Source of the DNA: Planctomycetota bacterium
GTDB taxonomy: Bacteria; Planctomycetota; Planctomycetia; Pirellulales; Lacipirellulaceae
Direction: 5' to 3'
DNA: 64,000 bases
NCBI GenBank assembly: GCA_039190745.1
Contig: JBCCXZ010000003.1
Coordinates: 1 to 64,000 of the forward strand
Shown: positions 17,402 to 26,392 of the stretch, in pieces
How positions within the stretch are numbered: the first letter of the stretch is position 1
How the letters are laid out: every line of letters begins with the position of its first letter
Notes under the pieces: model-generated
The model's database searches: none
What the model was told of the DNA's origin: nothing
Seen by the model: the letters and a program-made list of their open reading frames with translations, nothing else
Translations under genes and position numbers: made by a program

Positions 17402-19204
17402 CTAGCGTGAGATCGCCTCCCACCCCCGCCGCTCGGCTACGCCGGGGCTGTCGTCCGGAGAGTACCGGTAATACACCTCCAGGCACAGCGCCGCCATCGC
17501 GGTGGTGTACACCCGCCCGCCGTAGCCGCCCCAGGCCGTGTCCGTCCCCCAGCCGCCGTCGGCTTGCTGCGTCGTAGTGAGGGCCGCGGTGAGCGCCCGG
17601 TTCCAACGCCGCCACGCCAGCTCCGCGTCGACCGAAGCATCGCTTGCCGATTCCAACGCCAGCGTCGCGTAGTACCAGTAGTAGAAGTTCGCCCGCCCCG
17701 AGCCCGGCGGCTGCACCAGCAGCGAGTCGACCGCTTCCTTCGTCACCGCCGGCGCCACGGCCGATGCGTTGCCCGCCAGCAGCTGCCGGCAATACAGCGC
17801 CTCGGCGGTCATGGTCCGGCTCGCCCGGGTCACCGGTTGGTAGGCCGCCAACCCGCCCGCAGACCCCCTGCGAACACTCCGCAGGAAACGCTCTACGCGG
17901 GTCCACGTGACCGACGGCACATCGACGCCGGCAAGCTGCGCGGTCTTCAAACCCATTAGTTGCCAGCCGAGCTGACTCGTGTCGCCGGCGTGCCCGCGGA
18001 GGTACCGCCAGCCGCCGTCCGAGGGGTGCTGCAGACTCAGCGAGTAACGCACCGCCCGCTCACACATCGGCCGCAGCTGGTCGTCCCCGGTGACAGCCAT
18101 CGCCTCTAGCGCCGCGAGCGACGCCATCGAATGGCAGTAGGTCTGCGCGAACACCTGGGCGTCGCCGTAGAGCGAGCCGTCGGCCCGCTGGCGGCCGCGG
18201 AGGTACGCCAAGCCGCGGTCGATGTTCTCCGCGTACGGCCCCGACTCGTGCGTGCTGCCTCCGCCGAGGAAGGCCAGTAGCGCCAGGCCGGTCACGCCCG
18301 TGTCTGCGTTCGCCCCGGCGCCGTTGCGGTTGTGACCGAGAACAACGCGCTCCACGCCGGCCCCGTGGCGTGCGGCGACCCAGCCCCCGGAATCGGCCTG
18401 CGTGGAGGCCAGCCAGGAAAGCGCCTTCCGCACGGCCCGCTCGGTTTGAGGGCTGCCGCCGCGCCTGGCGGCGCGCTGCAACCGATCGGCCGCGAACCGA
18501 TCGGCGTACTGCGACGGAACCACGGGGTCGGGCCGCGGCCGCAGCGGGTTCACCGGCTCTTGGCCGTCGTTGACGTCCTTGTTTGTGGAAGCTGTCCCCG
18601 ACTGCTCGGGCGGAGATTCTGGCTCTGCCTCGTCCGCGTCAGCGGGCAGCTCGACGGCGTCGTCTGCTGTCTGCTGTTCCTCTGTCTGCTCCACAGCCTC
18701 GGGCTCACTCTCCGGTTCTTCCGCCGGCATCTCCTCTGCCGGCGCCTCTTCTTCCGGCTCCGCCTCCTGGATCTCCTCCAGGACCTCTTCGAGTTCCTCC
18801 GCTGTCACGGGCTCCGGCGGCGTCGGCTCGGGCATCACCACCGGTTCCTCGACGGGCTGCTCCCAATCGGCCAGCGGCGGCGCCTCGTCAGCCTCCTCTT
18901 CCTCTTCAACGAGCGCCTCGTCGGGCAGCATCGCGATGCGGATGGGTGCGTCCGAGCCGTCGCCGCCTGCTCCGGAGACGATCCGGATGGTCGTCGCCAC
19001 GCAGGCCAGCAGCAGGTGCACCCACAGCGACAACGCCGCGCAGCGGTGCCACGCCTTGGCCCCGCGCCAACGCGTGCGGAACAGCAGCACGAGCCCGACG
19101 GCGCTCGCCGCCAACGCAACCCACAGCCCGACCGCGGCGCTGGGCAGCGCCCGCGACCAAACCGAACAGAGCAGCGCCAACGGGGCAGGGCAGGGCGGTT
19201 GCAT
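17402..19204 (-). CDS. Membrane-anchored prenyltransferase/squalene-oxidase-repeat (terpene cyclase fold) protein with TonB/TolA-like N-terminus
   Basis: QW-like repeats (QADSGGW, QRADGSL, QHPSDGGW, QQADGGW), C-terminal TAMAALCLEVYYRY; two N-terminal TM helices, the second with SLWVH; long Glu/Pro-rich linker. Confidence 0.85.
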   Translation of the reverse strand: MQPPCPAPLALLCSVWSRALPSAAVGLWVALAASAVGLVLLFRTRWRGAKAWHRCAALSLWVHLLLACVATTIRIVSGAGGDGSDAPIRIAMLPDEALVEEEEEADEAPPLADWEQPVEEPVVMPEPTPPEPVTAEELEEVLEEIQEAEPEEEAPAEEMPAEEPESEPEAVEQTEEQQTADDAVELPADADEAEPESPPEQSGTASTNKDVNDGQEPVNPLRPRPDPVVPSQYADRFAADRLQRAARRGGSPQTERAVRKALSWLASTQADSGGWVAARHGAGVERVVLGHNRNGAGANADTGVTGLALLAFLGGGSTHESGPYAENIDRGLAYLRGRQRADGSLYGDAQVFAQTYCHSMASLAALEAMAVTGDDQLRPMCERAVRYSLSLQHPSDGGWRYLRGHAGDTSQLGWQLMGLKTAQLAGVDVPSVTWTRVERFLRSVRRGSAGGLAAYQPVTRASRTMTAEALYCRQLLAGNASAVAPAVTKEAVDSLLVQPPGSGRANFYYWYYATLALESASDASVDAELAWRRWNRALTAALTTTQQADGGWGTDTAWGGYGGRVYTTAMAALCLEVYYRYSPDDSPGVAERRGWEAISR

Positions 19205-19220
19205 CCGATCGACCCCCCGC

Positions 19221-19652
19221 TTACCTAGGAGCCGCACGGCCGCCGTCGGCCACGCGCACCGTGATGCCGAGCTCCGCGACCCGCGCGTCTTTGCACGCGG
19301 ACAACGCCGAGGCGATCTCCTGGAACCGGCTCTCCGCCGCCCCGCGGATGACGACGCTCGTCCCCGGGAACGCCGCCACGGCCGAGGCGAGCCGGCCGCG
19401 GAGCGTCTCCAGCGAAACCGTCTCGCCGTCCAAGGCCAGCGTGCCGTCCCCGCGGACGCTCACCACCCGCTGCTTCGGCGCCGGCGTCGACGGCGACGCG
19501 GCCGCCACCTCCGGCAGGTCGAGCGGGATCTCGTGCTCCAGGTCCACGAACTTGGTCGCGACCATAAAGAAAATGATGAGCAGGAACACCACGTCGATCA
19601 TCGGCGTGAGGTTCAGCACCGGTTGATCGTCTTGTTGAGTCTTTAGCGGCAC
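19221..19652 (-). CDS. exbD: ExbD/TolR family protein
   Basis: LNLTPMIDVVFLLIIFFMVAT; GAGGGAGG RBS before GTG 19652. Confidence 0.93.
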   Translation of the reverse strand: MPLKTQQDDQPVLNLTPMIDVVFLLIIFFMVATKFVDLEHEIPLDLPEVAAASPSTPAPKQRVVSVRGDGTLALDGETVSLETLRGRLASAVAAFPGTSVVIRGAAESRFQEIASALSACKDARVAELGITVRVADGGRAAPR

Positions 19653-19674
19653 GGCGCCTCCCTCGCTCGGCGGG

Positions 19675-20475
19675 TCAAGCGGCCTTCTTGCCGGCGGCCT
19701 TGATGCCCGTTTGACTCGCACGCGAGCGGCGGTGTTCCAGCGCCTCGCACGAGATGAGGTTCACCAAATCTTGGCCTAGCCGATCGATCTCCATCACCAG
19801 CGAGTCGACCCGACCCACGAACCAGAGGTAGAGGATCAACGCCGGGATCGCCACGAACAGCCCCGCGGCGGTCGACAGCAACGCCCCGCTGATGCCTTGG
19901 GCCAAAAGCTCTGGCCGGCCCATCGCGGCCTGCCCGGCGATCGCGTTGAACGCCTCCATCATCCCCCACACCGTGCCCAACAGCCCCATCAACGGGCTCA
20001 CGGTCGCGACGCCGTTGATCACCCGCAGGAACCGACGCAGCTGGTTGGCGGCCCGCTCGCCCTCGTCGAGCACAGCCTGCTCGACCTCCACGGCGGGCTT
20101 GCCCCATTTGCGGACCGCGGCGGCGAATACCTCGGACACGTGGCTGCCGTTCTGCCCGCAGAGCGCGAGCGCCTGGTCGCGGTCGACGGCGCCCTCGCTG
20201 ATCTGCAGCAGGAACCTCTCGGCGAACAGCCGCGGCGCCACCCGAGCCCGACGCAGGCTCACCGTCCGCTCGAAGCTCACCAGCAGCAGCACGAACGAAC
20301 AGAGCACGATCGGCAGGAGCAGCGGCCCGCCGGCCCACAGCATGTCCCACACGCTCGTGGTGGGGATCGCCTCTTCAACGAACACGTCGGCGGCTTCTTG
20401 CGCACGCGACGCCGCCGGCGCCAACGCCCAGAGCGCTGCGGTTGCGTAGCCCGTGATTCGATGCCGACCGATCAT
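19675..20475 (-). CDS. exbB: MotA/TolQ/ExbB proton channel protein
   Basis: ATVSPLMGLLGTVWGM...GISGALLSTAAGLFVAIPA. Confidence 0.93.
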   Translation of the reverse strand: MIGRHRITGYATAALWALAPAASRAQEAADVFVEEAIPTTSVWDMLWAGGPLLLPIVLCSFVLLLVSFERTVSLRRARVAPRLFAERFLLQISEGAVDRDQALALCGQNGSHVSEVFAAAVRKWGKPAVEVEQAVLDEGERAANQLRRFLRVINGVATVSPLMGLLGTVWGMMEAFNAIAGQAAMGRPELLAQGISGALLSTAAGLFVAIPALILYLWFVGRVDSLVMEIDRLGQDLVNLISCEALEHRRSRASQTGIKAAGKKAA

Positions 20476-20531
20476 CCCTGACCGCCTGTTTCTGTCCGCT
20501 TCCTTGCGGGGCCGTTCGAACGATTGCCTTT

Positions 20532-21851
20532 TTACTTCCGTCGGGCGACCCGGTCTCGCGTGTGCGATACCCGTCCGCGCAACTGCTCCTCGACCGGCGA
20601 ACCCGGCCAACGCTCGATGGCTTCGTCGTACACAACCGAGGCCCGTGCCCAGTCGCCCGCCATCTCGTGTGTCTTACCGATCTCCAGCGCCGCCCGCGCT
20701 TGCCACTCGGGTTGGTCGTGCTCGTCGATCACCCGCCGCAGCTCCAGCCGAGCGCGCTCAAAATCTCTCTGGTGAAAAAACGTCTCGCCGATCATCCACT
20801 GCGCCATCGCCGCGATCGGTTGCCCCTCGGCTTGTGGTTCGCTCAGCACTCGGCGGTAGGCGTCCCGCGCCGCGGGAAACTCTCCCCGCCCCGCCCGAGC
20901 CCGCCCACGCAGGTAGCGCAGTTCCGGCGACAGCTCGAAGCCGTCCGCTTCCACCGCCTCGACGTACTCCAGCGCCCGCGTCCACTGCTGCCGGCGTGCC
21001 GCGAGTTGACCCAGCCTCAGCAGTACCACGCTGCGCACCCGGTCGGCGACCGACGACAGCTCGGCCTCGATACGCCGGAACCGCTCCGCCGCCTCGTCAA
21101 AGTCTCCTGTTCGGTAAGCCGCTTCCGCCCCCCAGTAGGCGAGCTCCGCGGCGGTCTCGTTGTCGATGCCCGTTCGGTGCCCGGCGAGCGTCGCGCCGAT
21201 CTCCCGCCAACGCCCCATGCCCGCGAGCGTCCGGCACATCAGCGCCAGGGTGTTCGCGTAGAGCGCTTCGTCTGCGCTGTCGACCGCTATTTCGTCTAAG
21301 CCGTCTTCGTCTTCGCCGGCACGAGCTTGGCCGAGCGTGGTCAGCAACGCATCGGCGTGCGCCACACATTCCTCCGCCCGGTTATCTTCGGCACAAACGA
21401 GTGCTAGCCAGTAGGCCGCCCGGAGGGCCTGCGGCGAGCCCGCGTGCTCAGACCTGACCCGACCGAAAGAGTCTTCCGCGCCCGCAAGGTCGCCCAACTC
21501 GTAGCGGATGCGGGCCGACGACTCAAGCGCAGCGGCCGCGTAGGGGTTGGGCCGCGGCGCCGCGGCGATCTGGTCGAACAAGACGGCCGCTTCGGCACGG
21601 CGAGAAAGCCTGAGCTGCAGCAGAGCCGCCCGCCACTGGGCCGTCGCCCGCTCGTTGAAATTGGTCGCTTCCTCGGCCGCCTGGCGGTAAGCGTCGATCG
21701 CCGCCTCGAGCCGCTCCTGCTGCTCCAGCCGCAGGCCCTCGACCAGCGCCGCCTCGGAGTCGGCCCGGGCGGGTAGGGCGACGAAGCCCGCGGCAACCAA
21801 GAGCAGCCCGGCGATCGCTCGTGCAGGTTGCTTCATGCCGACCAGCCTCAT
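20532..21851 (-). CDS. Exported TPR protein (CpoB/YbgF-like repeats)
   Basis: Signal peptide ending PARA-D; multiple TPR helices such as AQWMIGETFFHQRDFERA. Confidence 0.85.
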   Translation of the reverse strand: MRLVGMKQPARAIAGLLLVAAGFVALPARADSEAALVEGLRLEQQERLEAAIDAYRQAAEEATNFNERATAQWRAALLQLRLSRRAEAAVLFDQIAAAPRPNPYAAAALESSARIRYELGDLAGAEDSFGRVRSEHAGSPQALRAAYWLALVCAEDNRAEECVAHADALLTTLGQARAGEDEDGLDEIAVDSADEALYANTLALMCRTLAGMGRWREIGATLAGHRTGIDNETAAELAYWGAEAAYRTGDFDEAAERFRRIEAELSSVADRVRSVVLLRLGQLAARRQQWTRALEYVEAVEADGFELSPELRYLRGRARAGRGEFPAARDAYRRVLSEPQAEGQPIAAMAQWMIGETFFHQRDFERARLELRRVIDEHDQPEWQARAALEIGKTHEMAGDWARASVVYDEAIERWPGSPVEEQLRGRVSHTRDRVARRK

Positions 21852-21867
21852 TCAGCCTTACAATATC

Positions 21868-21940
21868 TGTATGAGGCCTCTCCGAGGCCGATAACCGTTT
21901 CCTGAGCGAAGCGAAATCGGCCTCAGAGAGGTCTCCTACA
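21868..21940. repeat. REP doublet (REPIN-like), copy 1
   Basis: tgtatgaggcctctccgaggccgat ... atcggcctcagagaggtctcctaca, inverted 25-mers. Confidence 0.8.
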
Positions 21941-22073
21941 ATCGGTGTTCGAGTCACCCGTTTCCAGAAATGAAAAAAGGGCCTGCCGATCCGCCCGACC
22001 GGCGATTCGACAAGCCCCCTGTTCCCAAACCCCAAGTCCCCAAGCCTCTGTTTTCTCTGCCGCGGCAGTCTCT

Positions 22074-22685
22074 CTACCGTGCCGAGGGGCCGTAAGACTC
22101 GCTGGGACCCGTGTCGACGTTCCCCACCATGTGCAGGTGGTTGTGGTCGATGTAGATCACCTCCCGGGCGTCCTCGTCCACAATCGTGTGCGGCACCGGC
22201 CAGCCGACGCGGCGGACGTCTTCGTAGAAGATCGTGCACTTGTAGTGGGCGTGGTGCTGCTGGGCCGGCCCGATCAGCGGGTACTGCCGCGGCGGGTCGA
22301 CGTAGTCGGCGATCTTCTCCTTCACGATCCGCACGTCGTTGCGGTTGTGCTCGTAGAGGAACGGCACGCCGCCCTGTACTTTGTCCGCACGCTCCAGGGC
22401 GCGCATCACCTCGTCGTCGGTCGGCGGGTCGAGCGCCGCGATCTCGCCGCCCGATTGGATCGGACCCAAGATCGGCACCCGGGCGTAACGCTCCTGCACC
22501 CAGGCCTCGTCTTCCTTCTTCTTCTGGAAGTACGGGCTCACCGGCACCGGCACCGCGAACGGCCCCAGACTCGGCCCCAGGTTCTGCAGACCCCAGAAGC
22601 AACCCGTTGAGGAGAGCGACCCCGCCGTAAGCAGGGTGACCACAGCCAAACGCAGGTTGCGAGTGATGCAGAGTTTCGGATCCAT
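22074..22685 (-). CDS. Hypothetical lipoprotein
   Basis: Lipobox-like LSSTGC after a hydrophobic stretch; coding-like composition. Confidence 0.75.
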   Translation of the reverse strand: MDPKLCITRNLRLAVVTLLTAGSLSSTGCFWGLQNLGPSLGPFAVPVPVSPYFQKKKEDEAWVQERYARVPILGPIQSGGEIAALDPPTDDEVMRALERADKVQGGVPFLYEHNRNDVRIVKEKIADYVDPPRQYPLIGPAQQHHAHYKCTIFYEDVRRVGWPVPHTIVDEDAREVIYIDHNHLHMVGNVDTGPSESYGPSAR

Positions 22686-22870
22686 CGGAATGCCTTGCTC
22701 GGTGTCTTCTGTCGGGGAGCGGCTCACACGCCTGCGGACCGGAACTCCTCCGATCCACGGAAGTAGTTATCGTGTGAACGTGGGCAAGACTTGCAGGTTT
22801 TTCGGATTATTCCGGGAATGCCGGTTCTGGCGCCGCTGGCGTTGCTAGCGGCTATTGTTAGCACTTCTTC

Positions 22871-22945
22871 TGTAGGAGGCCTCTCCGAGGCCGATGTCGG
22901 TTTCTTAGCCGGAGAGCGTTATCGGCCTCTGACAGGCCTCCTATA
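22871..22945. repeat. REP doublet (REPIN-like), copy 2
   Basis: tgtaggaggcctctccgaggccgat ... atcggcctctgacaggcctcctata; GTAG motif followed by an internal palindrome. Confidence 0.8.
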
Positions 22946-22979
22946 GATCCTTCCAAACACGCCAGCGCCTCAGCCATCG

Positions 22980-23011
22980 AAAAAGCCCCGCCGGCAACTT
23001 GCCGGCGGGGC
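22980..23011 (-). terminator. Rho-independent terminator of the BON gene
   Basis: gccccgccggcaa/ttgccggcggggc stem with a U-run on the minus strand. Confidence 0.85.
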
Positions 23012-23046
23012 CGTGGACGCTTCACTCACACTCCGCTAGCACCGGC

Positions 23047-23796
23047 TTAATAGTGCTTGTTGTCCTTGAAGTCCAAGAACCACCAGCCGTCGTCCCACTC
23101 CAACTGCACCTTCCGCCAGCCCAGCGGGACCTGCGGGTAGGGGTAGAACGGGCCGATGTAAGGCCACGCCGAGGGCGAGTACTGCTTCGGGTACGTCAAC
23201 GCCGCGTAGTTCGGCGAAGCCGCGTAGCTTGGCCAGGCGTAGCCCGGGAGCTGGGGGTTGTCGTAGCTGACCGACTGACCCACCGCCGGCGGGATTTGAG
23301 CTGTCGGCGCCGGGCCCATGCCCGGACCCATTCCAGCGCCGGCGTACCCGCCGCCGCCGGCGAATGTCGCCGCTTGGATCGGGGCGCCCGCCGGGGCGTA
23401 AGGCAGCGGCATGTTGCCGCGGGCCGTCCGGCGAGCCGTCATCGGCTGCACCTCGGGCATCCGGTCCAGCGACTGCTCGGTGCTCGCGAGCTTCGGCTCG
23501 GGCAGCTGCCTGGCAGGCTCCTCGATCGTGATCCGGCTCACCACCGCCTCGACACCCTCGGTGCCGCGGGCGAGCTGCTCGGCGATCTTCTTCTGCTGCG
23601 GGCTCGTCACCGTGCCCATCAGCCAGGCGACGCCGTCCTCGTACTTCACGCCGACCTTGTAGCCCTTCAGGCGCCCGCTCTCTTTCATGTTGCGGGCGAT
23701 CAGGTTCGCGGTCTTGTCCTTGGCGCTTGCGGCCTGGGGCGCAACCGCGCCGCAGAACAACGCCAGGGCCATCAGACCCACTGTGAGTTTTCGCAT
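23047..23796 (-). CDS. BON domain protein with Pro/Tyr-rich C-terminus
   Basis: Signal peptide; VKYEDGVAWLMGTV...AEQLARGTEGVEAVVSRI is BON-like; strong RBS. Confidence 0.85.
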   Translation of the reverse strand: MRKLTVGLMALALFCGAVAPQAASAKDKTANLIARNMKESGRLKGYKVGVKYEDGVAWLMGTVTSPQQKKIAEQLARGTEGVEAVVSRITIEEPARQLPEPKLASTEQSLDRMPEVQPMTARRTARGNMPLPYAPAGAPIQAATFAGGGGYAGAGMGPGMGPAPTAQIPPAVGQSVSYDNPQLPGYAWPSYAASPNYAALTYPKQYSPSAWPYIGPFYPYPQVPLGWRKVQLEWDDGWWFLDFKDNKHY

Positions 23797-24085
23797 CTCC
23801 CCCTCCTGGTGAGTGAGCGCCGTCGCGACCCACCGCCGATCGGCAGCGGTCGCGGCAGAAAAGTGTGCGTCCACGCCCGGCAGTGCGTCTCTGGCGACAC
23901 GCCGCCCGGGCATCCGACCGCCCGGCGCCCCCCGCGGGGCACACTCCGAGACCGGTCTGGTTACGCTTTTCGGCACGCGGTCATGCCGGAGAGGAGTTTT
24001 TTTCCGATTTTGCCGGCCGCTCCGCTCTTAACGCCTCTGCCGATCTTCCGGCCGAGCCGCTACGAGAGACGCCGGCAAGCCGCTG

Positions 24086-26023
24086 CTAGCGTTTGTTCCG
24101 CCGGCTCGTGTTCGCCTGCCGAGAAGTCAGCAGCTTCTGCACCGCCTCCTCCAGCTCGGTCGCCTGCAGGTCGTTGCTCACGAGCCGTCCCTGCTGGTCG
24201 ACCAGCAGCAGCAGCGGCAGAGAGGGCACCCCCATCTCGGTCGCCAGCCGGCTCTCGAAGCCGCCCGCCTCGCGCAGCTGTCTCCACGGCAGACGGTTCT
24301 TCTTCAGGTACGCCTGGGCAGCGGACGCGTCGTAGTCGAGGTTCACGCCCAAGATCTCCAGCCCCTGCTTGCGGTACTTTGTGTACAGCTCTTTCAGGAT
24401 CGCGTGGTCGGTTTTCGACACGTCCGGCGAGGTGGCCCAGTACTGCACCACCACGACCTTGCCGCGGTAATTGGCGAGCCCCGCCTTGCCGCCGCCGAGC
24501 ACCGCCCCGGCGATCTGTACCGGCTTGCCCACGCCCGTCAGCCGCTTCAGCGCCCCCCGGGCCCGCGGGGCGTGCAAGTTCTGCGGCGCCTGCGTCACGA
24601 TACGCTGGTACCACTTCGCCGCCGCTTTCGCATCGGAGATCTCGCTGCCCAACGCCAGCTGGTAGTAGGCCTCGGCGCTCTGCTCGCTCTGGGGGTACTT
24701 CTTGACGAAGGCTTCGAGGCTTGCCAGCCAAGCGTCGTTCGTCTTCGAGTGGTCGACCCCCGGCTTGCCCAGTGCGGCCATGTACTCCGCCAGCATCCGC
24801 TGGAACTGGAAGTACGGCACGAGGTCTTTTGTGCCGGCCCGCTCTGCCAGCTTCTTCTCCCAGCTGGCCAGGTACTTAACGCCGCCGTCGAACTGGCCCA
24901 TCTGCGTCGCCGAACCCACTGTGTCAGCAATCTGCTTCAGCCACAGTTGCTGCTCTTCTGCGCTGGTCGCGGCAGCCGCCAGACGCCCCAACAACTCCGC
25001 CCGCTGCCGGTTCAGTTTCGGCAGGTCGTCGGCTTTCCCCTGGATCATCTTCTGGTCGATCGCGTCCAGCTGCGTCAGCATCTCCTGCATCTTGTTGTCG
25101 CCGCCGGCTCCAGCCATAGCCGTCGGCAGCGGCGTCACGCTGCCGTTGGGGCTGTAGAACAACCCGGCCGTAGCCGTAGCGTCTGTCGAAACAGTCGGCG
25201 AGTCGATCAGCTTCCACGCATCGCCCACCCGCACCATCGTGCCCAGGTTCAGCTGGTTGTGCTCCTCGCCGTCCTGCACCATCGCCCAGGCGTTCTCGTA
25301 CACCAACAGGTCTTTGGCGGTCTTGCCTTCTGCAGGAATCAACCCCGGCCGCAGCCCGCCGAAGTCGGAGAACTCCGTCTGCTTGCTCAGCCCGGCCTGC
25401 TTGGCGTTGGCTGCGAAGTCCTTGCTCGCGGCGGCAATCCGCTCCGAGACCCGCTCCGCCTGCGCCGCTCCCAAGCCGAGCGTCTTCAGCTCCCCGGCAG
25501 TCAGCAGCAAGCTAGCAAACCGGCGCGAGTCGCCCTCAGCCAAGGCGTACACCGCCTCTGCCGCGGCCTCCTCGGCCGAGATCCGCTTCCACTGATCGAT
25601 GCGGCCGTCTTGGTTGCGGTCGATCCCCCAACGCGTGCCCGCCTGGTGGAACCACCGCGACTGGTCCGCCTTGTTGTCGAAGTCGCTGTCGATATCGCGG
25701 TACACCTCGACGCCGTTGCTGTAGTAGCTCCAGCGGTCCACGACCTTGTCGCTGTTCGTGTCGGCAAACTGCCGCAGCACCACGCCGGCCCCCGAGCGGA
25801 CCACCCACGCCGTCGAGTCGCCCACCTTCTCGGCCTTCACCGTGCAAGCGGCCGCCTCCGCCGGCTCGGGCCGGTCGTACTCCACGCCCGCCTGAATCGG
25901 CTCATACTCCAGCGTGTCGGCAACCTTCGGCGCGGCCCCCGCTCCGGCGGGCAGCACAACAAGGCAAGCCAGCACAGCCAGCAACGGGCGGCGAACAACG
26001 GTGCAAACAGCGAGCGGCGTCAT
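24086..26023 (-). CDS. Exported protein with TPR and C-terminal TlpA/redoxin-like domain (no CxxC)
   Basis: LANYRGKVVVVQYWATSPDVS...GLEILGVNLD...GVPSLPLLLLVDQQG. Confidence 0.85.
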   Translation of the reverse strand: MTPLAVCTVVRRPLLAVLACLVVLPAGAGAAPKVADTLEYEPIQAGVEYDRPEPAEAAACTVKAEKVGDSTAWVVRSGAGVVLRQFADTNSDKVVDRWSYYSNGVEVYRDIDSDFDNKADQSRWFHQAGTRWGIDRNQDGRIDQWKRISAEEAAAEAVYALAEGDSRRFASLLLTAGELKTLGLGAAQAERVSERIAAASKDFAANAKQAGLSKQTEFSDFGGLRPGLIPAEGKTAKDLLVYENAWAMVQDGEEHNQLNLGTMVRVGDAWKLIDSPTVSTDATATAGLFYSPNGSVTPLPTAMAGAGGDNKMQEMLTQLDAIDQKMIQGKADDLPKLNRQRAELLGRLAAAATSAEEQQLWLKQIADTVGSATQMGQFDGGVKYLASWEKKLAERAGTKDLVPYFQFQRMLAEYMAALGKPGVDHSKTNDAWLASLEAFVKKYPQSEQSAEAYYQLALGSEISDAKAAAKWYQRIVTQAPQNLHAPRARGALKRLTGVGKPVQIAGAVLGGGKAGLANYRGKVVVVQYWATSPDVSKTDHAILKELYTKYRKQGLEILGVNLDYDASAAQAYLKKNRLPWRQLREAGGFESRLATEMGVPSLPLLLLVDQQGRLVSNDLQATELEEAVQKLLTSRQANTSRRNKR

Positions 26024-26247
26024 CGGAAAGGCTCCTCTGGTCGAGAGCGGTTCGGACCGAACCCTCAGGCTCGGGTCGGGTCACGATAAGCGGGGCCCGG
26101 CTCGGCCCCGAGCCACGACTTATAACGCTCCCCTGGGCCCCCTGGCCACCCCGATCGGGCCGACTTATACTAGCGAATTCCCGTCGCCGCGGCGTCGTGT
26201 GCAAGCAGCGCAGGCACGCCGAAAGAGTTCAACTCCGCCGCGACCGG

Positions 26248-26321
26248 GGGCGTGTAGCTCAGTTGGTTAGAGCGCAGCCCTGATAAGGCTGAGGTCCCAA
26301 GTTCGAATCTTGGCACGCCCA
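26248..26321 (+). tRNA. tRNA-Ile (anticodon GAT)
   Basis: gggcgtgtagctcagttggttagagcgcagccctGATaaggctgaggtcccaagttcgaatcttggcacgccca cloverleaf. Confidence 0.97.
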
Positions 26322-26392
26322 CTACCCCCGGACCGTCCCCCCAATGAGCGGCCCGGACTCTCCTCGTGCCCCATGACGCGGCGAGCGCTACC

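Noticed and set aside
17402..19204. Calling this gene squalene-hopene cyclase (shc)
   Set aside because: Only one barrel, no DxDD motif seen, and a TM plus linker N-terminus unlike SHC
22010..22050. Degenerate heptamer-like runs (also about 29482-29505)
   Set aside because: Too short and degenerate to support a call
21868..22945. CRISPR array
   Set aside because: Repeats are inverted pairs about 1 kb apart, not regularly spaced direct repeats; no cas genes and no array seen anywhere in the window
22999..26089. Long plus-strand ORFs 22999-24705 and 24404-26089
   Set aside because: Antisense to the BON and redoxin genes; low-complexity shadow translations
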